A stretch of 63,323 nt of DNA, counting the filler, from Chiloscyllium plagiosum (lineage: Eukaryota), in assembly GCF_004010195.1 (NCBI RefSeq). It is 4 parts of one record of this genome, joined end to end, with 100 filler letters (N's around TTAATTAATTAA, not from the genome) between each part and the next. Parts side by side here need not be neighbours in the genome. Positions count along the whole stretch, not along the records: positions 25,489 to 57,231 come from NC_057713.1; positions 57,332 to 61,609 come from NC_057713.1; positions 61,710 to 63,323 come from NC_057713.1; 1 more part is not named here. One strand, given 5' to 3'. How positions within the stretch are numbered: position 1 is the stretch's first letter; every line of letters starts with the position of its first letter. The position numbers and the translations under genes were made by a program. The notes beneath the pieces were generated by a model. The model saw only the letters and a list, made by a program, of their open reading frames with translations. It did no database searches and was not told the origin of the DNA. Shown here piece by piece: positions 52,169 through 63,323 of the stretch.

Positions 52169-55100
52169 TTAAACCTTCAATCCTTTTGTTTTTGATGTTT
52201 TCATATTCTATCCAATCTTCAGACCTGCCATCTTTGAAATTATATGCTTTTCTTTAATTTTGATACTATCTTTAACATTTTTAGTGAACTACAGATGTGG
52301 CTCCTTCAAAATTTTCCTTTCCCACTGGAATGTACCTATTTTGCACATTTTGAAATTTCAAGAATCTGCCACTGCACCTCTACTTACATATGCCTTAACC
52401 TACTCTATTTTTGTTTCCACTTAAATGCCTTCATTTAATGGAAATATTAGCCTCATATGTTAATGAATTTTTATTATTTCTTTATTTCCCATCTCTAATT
52501 GGCCTTTAAAAGGTGGTGATCAGCAATGGTTTTCAAATTCTGGAATATGTGTATGATGCAAGTACACCCAGTGTTGTTGGGTAGATATTTCCAGGATTTT
52601 GGCAATGACCATGAAGAACCACTAATATATATCCCAGTCAGGACAATAAACGGCTTGAGGTGAATTCGAGAGGTGATTTTCCTATGTGCCTGCTGCCTTT
52701 GATCTTTGAGACGGCAGAGTTTTGGAAGGTGCTGTTGACAAATCCTTTGTTTTTCTTGTATGGCACTGTAGTCGTATTGCTCTATCTATTTTGGCAGAAT
52801 AGATTGAAAATCACATTTTAGAATTGCCTCTTTAAATTCTTCCACTTGCTATTTGCCAAGTCTTGCTTCTTTGACCATATAGATTCACAATCCCCCTTTT
52901 CCTTTACCTTGTCTGAGTTACTCCTCTAAGCCATTGTTGTTATGCTTAGTCAGTTTAAAGACATTATACAAGATTTTCTAAATGTTGTTTTGTTGATAAA
53001 GAAACAGCCTCTTTATTGTTACATGGAAAAGCAACTTCCCCTCGATAAAGACATAACTAATGTTCGACATTTCCCAATGTTCACATACTTACCGCCCAAG
53101 GCCAGCAACACAATGGACTGCTATACAGCTACCAGGCTGTTCGGTGAACTTAGTTTTAAGCAAATTAAGCCAGTCATCCACAATTTTGTTTGGAGGTGGA
53201 TCACCATCATCATACGGCCAATCCTTAAAAAGTTAAGAATACAAGTAAAACAGATGATTTATGTTGCAATAAAGAGGACTTTGTTATCAACATGGTTGGA
53301 TATAAAACATAAGCTACTTCTAAGAACAGCACACATTAATATGAAACCATTATTAAATATCTAATGCATCACGTCTTTCATAATAAGACATTTGAAAATA
53401 ATCTAGACTGTTTTCCCAATATTTGAACTTGAAAGAACAAGCAACGTTTTTAATTCGTTCCATAACTTTTTTTTGTGTATTTTGACACCCACTAACTTTT
53501 CGCCACCACCAGCGGCTTGCTTGCATAGGTTTCCTCTTAGCAAAATTGCTTTCTGTTATTACCAAATTCCATTAACTCCTACTTCAGATCTATCCCTATT
53601 AGTGCGCTCTTTTCCTTTTGGGCACTTTTCCTATCTTGCCCATCTCTCCTCATATTACCCATCCATCCCACACCCATTCTACATTATAACAGCCTCCTTC
53701 AACTCCAAAGAAAAGCAACATTGGACTTACAAAGTTAACTTTGTTTTTCTCTCTCCACAAATGCTGCCTGACCTATTGATTTTCTCCAGCATCTGCATTA
53801 ACTTGCTATTACTTTCAGTACTATGTAGGATTTGTCAAAAAAGGATACAATTAAGCTATAATTTAGGTTCACAAACAACAGTAAATGAGGTTGGTGAGCT
53901 GCAAAACTCAGTAGTTTATAGCAATTCAGGAAATCTGGTTGAAAGAAGCACAAGTGGATTTTCCAAAATCCCCTAAGTTCTAGAGTATCTGCACATATTT
54001 TGATCATGGATTCTGAAGTGAAACTTTCAAAAAATCTTTTAACTTAGTGGCAAAAGGCGCGACTGACCCAAGTTATGGCTGGTATGGTCAGCGCAAATGC
54101 CATGAGCTGGGTTGGGAGTTTGCTGGGGAGTGGGTGGCATTTTTTAGAGATAATGGGCAGGTTAAGGCTCATATACATTGGTTGGGTAAGAATCAGGAGA
54201 AGAGCAAAACCTCTGGGGTTTTCAGCAAAGGCCACCAGGAAGGAAAGCTGGATGCTTGAGGCCTCACCGACACATTGTATGGAGGCTGGAAGCTACTGGC
54301 TTTGTTCTCCAACAAATCAGGAGGATCGCTAAGTCACATGCTAGAAAATAAAGTCCTGACTTCCTGTAGCAAGAACCAGCTGCATTCTTTCAAGAAGCCA
54401 CCATTCTTCTCCAACACTTACCACCCTGTCAATGCCCATTCTATTATCTAACAGCCAGCCCAGTTTTCAGCAACCCAGACTGAGATGTGCAGTCTGAAGC
54501 TGTATCTCGATCCAGAACTTCAAGATGTCTTAGTAAGTCATCTGCAGTCTCCTTTGTAGAAGGTCGACTATTCATGCTGCAGTCACTAAGGAACCCATTT
54601 GTACATGAACTCAGATAAACATGGGTAAATGGAAGGCAGGTAGGGAAATGAGCAAAGCTGGTTACATTATTTTTGTGTTCATGTCATTGTAAACTTGAAA
54701 CAACTATCTCAATAATCTAAGAGACCTGAAATGACCTGTTTTCGATACGGTCAGATGTGTTGAGAGTTTCTAACATTTTGTGTTTATTTCAGATTTTTAA
54801 GCATCAAACAGTATTTTGCTCATCTGTAATTGATCATTCGTGTTGAAGAGCAATTGCTGTCGACTCTTATTCACAGTCTCGAGTTATTCTGTATGCACTG
54901 TTTATAGTCGCTGAGGGCGACTATAAACACTAATGACCTCACCACAATTAAATGGCTTCTGGGGGAGGTAGCTAAGTGTAGAGGACTCACCCTCGCTTAT
55001 ATATCGCACAATAGGGAACACCCCGCTTTCACCCCTTTAAGCCGCATGGACCAAATAGCCTGTGCTCTAAATTGAATGCACACCCTCTTCCTTCGTGAAT

Positions 55101-55412
55101 TAAGCAGCTTTCAGTTATCTTTCACATTTTCTCTACTGATCTTATGTTGTGCAATTTTAAAGTAAATCTGATGCATCAATTATAGTCAAACCTCACGTGC
55201 TAACAGCACATTCAGCTCTCTCTTATTCAAAAAGATTAATGTGATTTCAGCAGGCTTGTTTCATTTGGACAAAGTATATTAGTGCAAAAATATTGTTGTT
55301 TTAGCTCAGGTAGAGCTATATTATATGTATATACCAGTCACACTTCTGTTCCCATGAAGTGATGCCTTGCTTACATGATTAGGTTTTGACATAGCATTTG
55401 AACAATTAATAG

Positions 55413-56073
55413 CCCAAAAATGTAATGGGAGTGCTCCATTTTTGTTTGGGACCAAAGGCTCAGTTAACAGCACACAGACGGATTTGTGAAAATAAGCAAA
55501 AATACAAGTTCAACTGCTGAAAGGAAATTTGTCTTCAAACCACAGTTTGTTGAAATTGCACAGGGCAGAAAACTTGCAAGTCTGACAACACCATAACTGA
55601 ATTTCCTGTATGTGATAACTTGCAGTTTAACAAATAGCAGCTGACTAATGTATCAAAAGAGTACAAGCTAACCTCATTGGACATTAGAGATTTTACATCC
55701 TGGTTCAATGGAAATTTTAACCAGTTCAAATATTACATTTTATAGTACAAATATTTCATTAGAAATAAGGAATCGTAGTTTTGAAGTTATTTAACCTGCA
55801 TTGAAAAGTAACTGTAAAGAGCTGCCCATAACTGAACGTGGTTTTCAGCTAACGTAAAATGGCTGAAGAAGATTTGTAGCTGAAACAGCAGCTTATAGCT
55901 TGCTGGTTAAAGTCAGGCTATAAAGGCTAAAGTAATTAGATGCCTTCATAGAGAAAGTATATTCAGGGTAACTAGATAAAGGTAACAAAGATTCCTGTGA
56001 ATCAGTCTGCGTGCTGTTAGTTGAGCTTTTGGTCCCAAAAAAAAAAATGGAGCACTCCCATTACATTTTTGGG
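55413..56073. mobile_element. putative MITE / non-autonomous DNA transposon with ~70 bp terminal inverted repeats
   Basis: CCCAAAAATGTAATGGGAGTGCTCCATTTTTG...ACAGACGGATT (55413-~55484) is inverted at ~56000-56073. Confidence 0.55.
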
Positions 56074-56424
56074 ATCTGTTACACAGAAGCAAATGTAGCC
56101 GCATCACAGACAGAGACAGTTTGATAAGAAACATCTTTGAGAAATGTTGATAGAAACCCCTTTTCAGGCTGGTCCAAAATCTGGTATAGCTCATCGAACC
56201 GACATCAGTTAAGACGCCCAGGTATTTGTCGCCACAGGTGATAATCAACAAAAAAAAAGTGTTTTAATTATACAGGCAGTAAGGGATTTAAACGGCATTC
56301 TCAAGGATATTCAGTCTGAAGCAGAGAAGCTATAGCTATTAGCGGGGAAGAACTGAATAATTAGCATAAGAGCTAAAGCCTGTAATGTGGTTGACAGGTT
56401 GGAAGACCCAAAGAAAAAAATGTG

Positions 56425-56646
56425 ATTTAGATTAGATTAGATTATTTACAGCGTGGAAACAGGCCCTTTGGCCCAACAAGTCCACACTGACCCTCCGAAG
56501 AGCAACATTTACCCCTTCACCTAACACTATAGGCAGTTTAGCATGGCCAATTCACCTAACCTGCACATTTTTGGAGTGTGGGAGGAAACCGGAGCACCCG
56601 GAGGAAACCCACGCAGACACGGGGAGAATGTGCAAACTCCACACAG
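56425..56646 (-). mobile_element. HE1-like SINE 3' part, cut off by a PLE
   Basis: (TTAGA)n tail and HE1 body. Confidence 0.85.
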
Positions 56647-56708
56647 AATCTAGATTAGAGTGGTGCTAGAAAAGCAGAGCAGTTCAGACAGCATCAGAGG
56701 AGCAGTAA

Positions 56709-56744
56709 AATCGACGTTTCGGGCAAAAGCCCTTCATCAGGAAT
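56709..56744 (-). ncRNA. minimal hammerhead ribozyme motif
   Basis: Reverse complement: ATTC-CTGATGA-A-GGGC(TTTT)GCCC-GAAA-CGTC-GATT. Confidence 0.75.
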
Positions 56745-57488
56745 ACAGGCAGACAGCCTGAAGGATGGAGAGATAAGTGAGAGGAGGGTGGGGGTGGAGA
56801 GAAAATAGGATAGAGTGCATCCCTGCGCCCACCCCCCCCCCAGAACCCTGAGGGGAACACCACCTCTGCTCAGGACACCACCCCCATTCCCCCCACCACC
56901 ACACCCACTCCAGTTATTGACTCCGCCACCACTCCCAGCTCCACACCCACACCAGATCCCAGCCCTGTCGAGTTTTCACCATTTTTCCTGACCTCCCCCT
57001 CACTGAGTATGAACGATCAGTCCTCAGCAAAGGACTCACCTTCATCCCCCTCACCCACACATTAATGAATTTAATACATGCCGTGACGTCGAACACTTCT
57101 TCCGTCGCCTCAGAGCTTACTTTCACAATCAGGACTCCCGCCAACCTTCCGAGGACCCCTTCACCCACCTCCAACACACTGCATCCACCTGGATACCCCG
57201 CGCTGGCCTATTACCTGCCCTCGATCTCTTCNNNNNNNNNNNNNNNNNNNNNNNNNNNNNNNNNNNNNNNNNNNNTTAATTAATTAANNNNNNNNNNNNN
57301 NNNNNNNNNNNNNNNNNNNNNNNNNNNNNNNTGTTCCCTGGATGCTGCCTGACCTGCTGTGCTGTTCCAGCAATCAAGTTTCAACTTTGATCTCCAGCAT
57401 CTGCAGATCTCACTTTCTCCTCGAAGATTTCAACCTACTGCGAATCCTCTTACAAGGATGCCTTCCTTGAAGAAGCTCTCTGCCTCTC

Positions 57489-57524
57489 ATTCCTGAAGAA
57501 GGGCCTGTGCCCGAAACGTCGAAT
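57489..57524 (+). ncRNA. minimal hammerhead ribozyme motif with fully paired stem I
   Basis: ATTC-CTGAAGA-A-GGGC(CTGT)GCCC-GAAA-CGTC-GAAT; ATTC pairs with GAAT. Confidence 0.8.
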
Positions 57525-58194
57525 CTCCTGTTCCCTGGATGCTGCCTGACCTGCTGTGCTGTTCCAGCAATAAAGTTTCAACTTTGATCTTGCTCATGTT
57601 GATTTCACTTTGAGCACCTCCTGTGCAGTGTAACCTTGTATATCTCACTCTGTCTAAGCTTCCTATGATCTGTATGTCCTTGTTTGCTATGAGCTGCCTG
57701 TACTGCTCACAAAACAAAACTTTTCACTGTACTTTGGTCTTGACTACAATAAATCAAATCAAATTCCTCTTTCTTTTGTGCTGGATCTTAGGTTTCAGTT
57801 TATCCTGTAAAAAGACCTCATAAACTATGAGCTAAAAAAATACCTCTTCCCCTCTGCACCAAATTCCCACACTGCCTCCAAATTCCCTGAAATATTTCTT
57901 ATTCAGACAGTGACTCCAGATGTCATCTCTCATTCCTGTTCATGCGAAGCTTACTGAAATGCTCTCCCACTGACACTTGATTCACTTAACCCACCTCATT
58001 TCCAAGGACCAGGTCCAAACATGCATCCTTCCTGTTGAACTGGACACATGGTGCTGTAGGAAACTCTCCTGAACACAGTCCTTGCTCCCCCTTACCAGTA
58101 TCCTACAGTATATTTGAATAATTGAAGTCCTCCCTTATAACTACTCCATAATGTTAACATTTCTCTCATATTTCCTTAAAGATTTGTTGAGTGC

Positions 58195-60292
58195 CAAGAG
58201 AGTAAGGAAAGGCTGAACGGTCTTTACTTTAATACTAAGAGTGTAATAGGTAATGTGGGTTCATGGTGTGGATTGACACATTGTTGCTGTCACAGAAACA
58301 TGGCTGAGTGAAGGGCTGGACTGGCAACCCAACATCTTTAGGTGAGACAGAGGAGAGATGACATCTTGGAAGGTCCTCCAATGAGGGTAGAACTTAGAAA
58401 CGTTGAGGAGCAGCCAATTTACTGGGAGTTTATTAGGCTCCCAATAGGTCAGCGAGAAATAAAGGAGCAAATATGTAGACAGTTCACAGAGGTGTGTTAG
58501 AGCAATAATCAGTTAATTATACTCAGGGATTTAGACTTTCCCCAATGTAAATTGGGATAGTCACAGTGTGAAGGATTTAGAGGGAGCAGAGTTCTTGAAA
58601 TGTATCCAAGGCAGTTTTTTGCATCAATATAGAGAAGGCCCAACAGGGACAGTGTAGTGCTGGATCTGGTCTGTGGAAAGAAACCAGATAAGTGTTTGAT
58701 GTGGCAGTTGGGGAGCATTTAAGCAATAGTGACCACAACATAGTGCAGTTCAAATTTATTCTGGACAGGGAAAAAGATGGCCTGCAAAAGATGGCTTTGG
58801 AAGGCACAATTTATTAAAATAAAGCAGGATCTGACCACAGTAGACAGGGAATAGCTGCTTATAGGTAATGCTATGGCTGAGCAAGGGAGAGGGGTAGGGA
58901 GGGGATTCAAAATGAGCTGGGGAGAGTGTAGGTCCAACATGTTTCTTTTTGGGGGAAATGTAGCAGCAATACGTCCAGACAATCCTGGATATCCAGGACA
59001 ATTCAGGACTGGATGATGAAGAAGAGAAGAGCTATTAGCAAGCCCAGATGGAGCAATTCAGTTGTGGCCCTTCAGAAATACAATAACTTCAGGAGGGACC
59101 TTGAGAAAGCAATTAGAAGAGCAAAAAGGAGGCATGAGAAAGGATATAATGAACAAGATTAGGGAGAATCCCAAGATACTTCATAAATACTAAATTACAT
59201 TAAAGGTAAGCAGTTAAGCAGGGAAAGAGTAGGGCCCATTAGGGACCAAGGGGGCAACCTATGTGTGAAGGCGCAGGATAGTGGAAGGATGTTGAGTGAA
59301 TGCTTCTCTTTGATGTTTGCACAAAAGGAAGAGAACGTAGGTACAGAATTCAGGAACAGAGACTGTAAGGAACTTGCTCAGCTTCACACGAGAAATGGGA
59401 ATGTATTAGAGGCTCTCGTGGGCTTAAAGACAAAAACTGCAGAAATTGGAATCTAAAATAGACAGGCAGGAAGCTGGAAGAACACAGCAAGGCAGGCAGC
59501 AACAGGAGGGAGAGGAACACAGCAAGGCAGGCAGCAACAGGAGGGACTGAATTTAACATTTTGGGTGTAGCCCTTCTTCAGGACTGGGGGTGGGTGTGGA
59601 GGGAGCTGCAGATAAAGGGGATGGTGGGGGGAAGGTGTGAAGTGGGCATAGGTGAAGACAGGTAGAGGGTATGACCTGGTTGATTAGTGGGAGAAATGAA
59701 TCTAGTTGGTGGCAGGAAGCGGTGGAAGGGTTGGTGAGGAGCCGGGAAGGGAGTCGGGGATGGGGAGGGAAGTTATTTGAAATTGGACAGCTCAATGTTA
59801 AGTCAATCAGGCTGTAGGCTGCCCTTGCAGAAGATGAGGTGCTGTTCCTCCAATTTGCGCTGTGGCTCATTTTGGCAATGGAGGAGGCCAAGGATGGTCA
59901 TGTCAGAAAGGGAGTGGGAAGGGGAATTGAAATGAGCGGTGACTGGAAGATCTGGTCAGCCCCGTGGGCCTGGCTGAGGTGCTCGTTGAACCGTTCCCTA
60001 AAATTACGTTGGGCCTCCCCGATGTAGAGAAGACCACATTGGGAGCATCTGATGCAGTACACTAGGTTGGAAGAGAGGTGAGTGAACTTCTGTCTCACCT
60101 GGAAGGACTGTTGGGCTTAAAAACAGACAGTTTCCCCTGGCCTGGATGAATTATATCCCAGGCTGCTGCAGGAGGTGAGACAAGAAATTGCAGGGGCTCT
60201 GACACAAATATTTTTTTCCTCTCTGGCCGGAGGATGTACCAGAGGACTGGAGGATGGCAAATGTGGTTCAACTTTTTAAGAAGGGAGGTAGA
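58195..60292 (+). mobile_element. degraded CR1 ORF2 (APE endonuclease to RT start), interrupted by a PLE
   Basis: AVTETWL, SDH (AGTGACCAC) and SPGLDELYPRLL...DWRMANV motifs. Confidence 0.75.
59429..60111 (-). mobile_element. Penelope-like element 3' part with GIY-YIG endonuclease remnant
   Basis: ORF 59898-60098 reads NLVYCIRCSQCGLLYIGE..RNFRERFNEH. Degenerate core CTGAAGAAGGGCTACACCCAAAATG near 59557-59581. TSD TGGGCTTAAA at 59419-59428 and 60112-60121. Confidence 0.88.
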
Positions 60293-60439
60293 GAATCACA
60301 GATACATACAGTGCAGAAAAGGCCCTTTGGGCCATCAAGCCTGCACTGACATAACCACCAGTAAAGGTGCGCTAATACCAATTTCCTGCACTTACCCATA
60401 TCCTTGAAGGTTATGACATTTGAAGTGCTTATCCAAATT

Positions 60440-60522
60440 CAGAGGAATCTCAATTATCCGAATGAGATGGATGGGCAGTATTTCGTTTGGATAATTGAGT
60501 ATTCAGATAACTGATATTCTGA
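60440..60522. mobile_element. possible Tigger/pogo-type MITE remnant
   Basis: CAGAGGAATCTCAATTATCCGAA start with an internal inverted copy TTTGGATAATTGAG. Confidence 0.35.
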
Positions 60523-60714
60523 AGAAAATGCAAACCTACCTAGTCTCTCCTTGTAGCTCAATTTCTCCATCCGAGGCAACATCCTGGTGAACCTGCTCCC
60601 AATCCCCTATAATGCTATCACATCCTTCTCATAGCGAGGTGACCAGAACTGCATAAAGTACCCCAGCTATGGCCTGGCCAATGCACTGAATCCAGTTTTG
60701 CCAGGGATCCTTGA

Positions 60715-60915
60715 TGCACTAAGTGCAGCCTTGGTGTCAAGGGATGTCACTCTCCCCTCCCCTCTGGAACTCAGCTCTTCAGTCCATGTTTGAACCAAGG
60801 CTGTAATGAGGTCAGGAGCTGAATGGCCCTGGTGGAACCCAAACTGGGCATCACCGAGTAGGTTATTGCTGAGCAGGTGCATCTTGATAGCACTGTTGAT
60901 GACACCTTCCATCAC
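60715..60915 (-). mobile_element. LINE RT fragment (second CR1/Jockey-group family)
   Basis: QFGFHQGHSAPDL...LDTKAA, RT motifs 2/A. Confidence 0.75.
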
Positions 60916-61609
60916 TTTACCTTTTCAAATTCTTTGAAAAGGTGACGAAGGAGGTTGATGAGGGGAAAGCGGTAGATGTGGTATATATGGATTTTAGTAA
61001 GGCGTTTGATAAGGTTCCCCATGGTAGGCTACTGCAGAAAATACGGAGATATGGTATTGAGGGTGAGTTGGAGGTTTGGATTAGGAATTGGCTGGATGGA
61101 AGAAGACAGAGGGTAGTAGTTGATGGCAAAGTTTCTTCATGGAGTGCCGTCACTAGCGGTGTTCCGCAAGGATCTGTTTTGGGACCATTGCTGTTTGTCA
61201 TTTTTATAAATGACCTGGAAGAGGGGTTAGAAGGTTGGGTGAGCAAGTTTGCGGATGATACGAAAGTCAGAGGAGTTGTTGACAGTGAGGAAGGATGTGG
61301 CAGGTTACAGCAGGATATAGAGAAGCTGCAGAGCTGGGCAGAAAGGTGGCAAATGGAATACAATGTAGCTAAGTGTGAGGTGACTCACTTTGGGAAGAAT
61401 AACAAAAAGATGGGGTACGGGGCTAATGGTCGGATACTTGGTAGTGTGGATGAGCAGAGGGATCTTGGTGTCCATGTACACAGATCTCTGAAAGTTGCCA
61501 CCCAGGTAAATAGTGCGGTGAGGAAGGCATATGGCGTACTGGCTTTTATTGGTAGAGGAATTGAGTTCCGGAGTCCTGAGGTCAGGATGCAGTTGTATAA
61601 GACTCTGGT
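60916..61609 (+). mobile_element. young CR1 RT fragment with open frame up to the gap
   Basis: YMDFSKAFDKVPH...SGVPQGSVLGPLLF..IND...KFADDTK with no stops. Confidence 0.93.
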
Positions 61610-61689
61610 NNNNNNNNNNNNNNNNNNNNNNNNNNNNNNNNNNNNNNNNNNNNTTAATTAATTAANNNNNNNNNNNNNNNNNNNNNNNN

Positions 61690-63323
61690 NNNNNNNNNNN
61701 NNNNNNNNNTCACTGACTCACTCACTCATTCAATCACCCATCCGCCAACCCACTACTCACTCACTCACCCACCCACTCACACACTCCTACATATTTCCCC
61801 ACCATCTCTCACACTCACACACCCACACATTCACGTAACCCACTGACTCATGCACCCACCCACACTCCCACTCACGCTCTCACTCAGTCACACATGCACC
61901 CACTCACTCACCAAACCACCCAACCACCCATCCGCTCACTCACTTTCCAACTCCTCATTCACTCTTTCACTCATATACAGCCCCACTCACACAACCACTC
62001 ACTAACTGATCTACTCACTCACTCATTCACTCACCCACTCATCCACTCACTCATTAATCTACTCACTCATCCTCACACTCACTCAATCACCCTCCCACTC
62101 ATTCTCCCATTCTTCCCAATCACTCCCTCACAGTCCACCCTCACAGTCAGGCAGGCAGAAGTGAGGACTGCAGAAGCTGGAAACTAGAGTTTAGATTAGA
62201 GTGGTGCTGGAAAAGCACAGTAGGTCAGGCAACATCCAAGGAACAGGAAAATTGATGTTTCGGGCAAAAGCCCTTCATCAGGGATCATCATCATTATTCG
62301 GCTTTTGCCCGAAACATCGATTTTCCTGTTCCTCGGAAGCTGCCTGACCTGCTGTGCTTTTCCAGCAACACCCTTACAGTCACTCAATAACCCTCCCACT
62401 CATTCTTCCACCTCTCACTCACTCACTCTCCCACTCATTTCCTCACTTGCTCACTCACTGACTCACTCATTCACCCATCTTCTCAGTTACTCAGTCACTC
62501 ACTCACCCACCCAATCATTCAGTCACTTACACACTCACGCACCAACACACTCAGTCACCCATCCATTCACTCACTTACATTCCAACTCTCTCACTCACTC
62601 ACATACTCATGAACCCACCCATTCACTCTCCAACACACCAACCCATCTACCCACACACATATCCATGGACTCACTCAATTACTCTCCCACTCTCTCATCC
62701 ACCTCTCACCCATCCACTCACTAGCTCACTCACTTGCTCACCCTCATTCGCTCACCAGCTCACTTACTCACTTATTCATTCTCCCACAGTCTTGCTCATT
62801 CACTCACCCTATTATCCTTTAACTCTCTCATTCATGTTCACACTCACTCAATTGCTCACCCACCTACCCTCTAACACAATCAGTTACTCAGTTACTGACA
62901 ATTACTGACTCATTCACCCTGCCACCCAATCACTCATGTTCCCACCCATGACTCATGCACTCACCCACCCTGTCACCAACCCACTCATTCATCAGTCACT
63001 TACTCACACACACCCACTCACTTAGTCACCCATCCACCCATTCAATCTCTCCCAATCTTCCAACTATCCCACTCACTCACTTATATACCTATGCACTTGC
63101 TGTCTGATGCACTCACTCACTCACGCATGCACTCATGGATTCACTAACACATTCATGTATCCCCCATCCACTCACTCACGACCTACTCTCCCACATACCA
63201 ACCCATCCACCTACACATCTATCCACCCATCCTCGCACCCACCCAGCCACTGACTAATCTACTCAGACATTCAATCACTCGCTCATCACACACGCACTCA
63301 CTCACTCATCCATACTCACTCAC
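61690..63323. repeat. degenerate (CACT/CACC)n low-complexity array
   Basis: About 1.6 kb of G-poor TCAC-type tetramer variants, interrupted by the PLE palindrome at 62153-62371. Confidence 0.9.
62153..62371. mobile_element. palindromic PLE-derived element (same family as 11491-11711)
   Basis: Leader GAAGTGAGGACTGCAGAAGCTGG and inverted arms at 62201-62371. The minus-strand core is at 62250-62285; the plus-arm CTGATGA is replaced by an ATC-repeat spacer. Confidence 0.8.

Larger units (their letters stand above)
56647..57590. mobile_element. Penelope-like sequence: inverted terminal repeat (-), ORF N-terminal fragment (+), gap, tandem terminal repeats (+)
   Basis: E.SVLSKGLTFIP motif near 57010-57050. 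Terminal-repeat sequence at 56647-56820 (-) and direct repeats at 57332-57392 and 57529-57590. The two sides of the gap may not belong to one insertion. Confidence 0.75.

Noticed and set aside
53092..53135. Strong minus-strand donor GCG|GTAAGT preceded by [10 protein letters not shown]
   Set aside because: The Cys/Trp frame ends in phase 0, incompatible with the phase-1 PTK2 acceptor, and has an in-frame stop just upstream. It could at most be a non-coding exon.
59480..59548. 32 bp direct repeat GAACACAGCAAGGCAGGCAGCAACAGGAGGGA x2
   Set aside because: It is a local slippage duplication inside a PLE terminal repeat, not a CRISPR-like array.
61894..62908. His/Ser/Thr-rich ORFs
   Set aside because: They are translations of the low-complexity TCAC array.

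Overview
This is eukaryotic DNA, almost certainly from a cartilaginous fish (shark), and it is dominated by retroelements. The only clear host coding sequence is the first canonical coding exon of PTK2/FAK on the minus strand (exon 1362-1582, ATG at 1550). The remaining ~61 kb is therefore probably upstream intron or 5' region of PTK2. It holds many CR1 (HER1-like) LINE fragments, tRNA-derived HE1-like SINEs, three L1-like insertions, probable solo LTRs, a degraded RPS27A retrocopy and several Penelope-like elements (PLEs; YIDD reverse transcriptase and GIY-YIG fragments). The most striking signal is a set of at least 11 minimal hammerhead-ribozyme-like cores (CUGANGA...GAAA) in three sequence families. 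Several lie in palindromic, non-coding fold-back PLE derivatives, two of which still carry a core on each strand. Also notable are a nested SINE whose 5' junction captured inverted copies of both local flanks, and an open in-frame extension plus a micro-uORF ahead of the FAK ATG. Family names come from motif recognition and recall, not database searches, and boundaries of old repeats are approximate.
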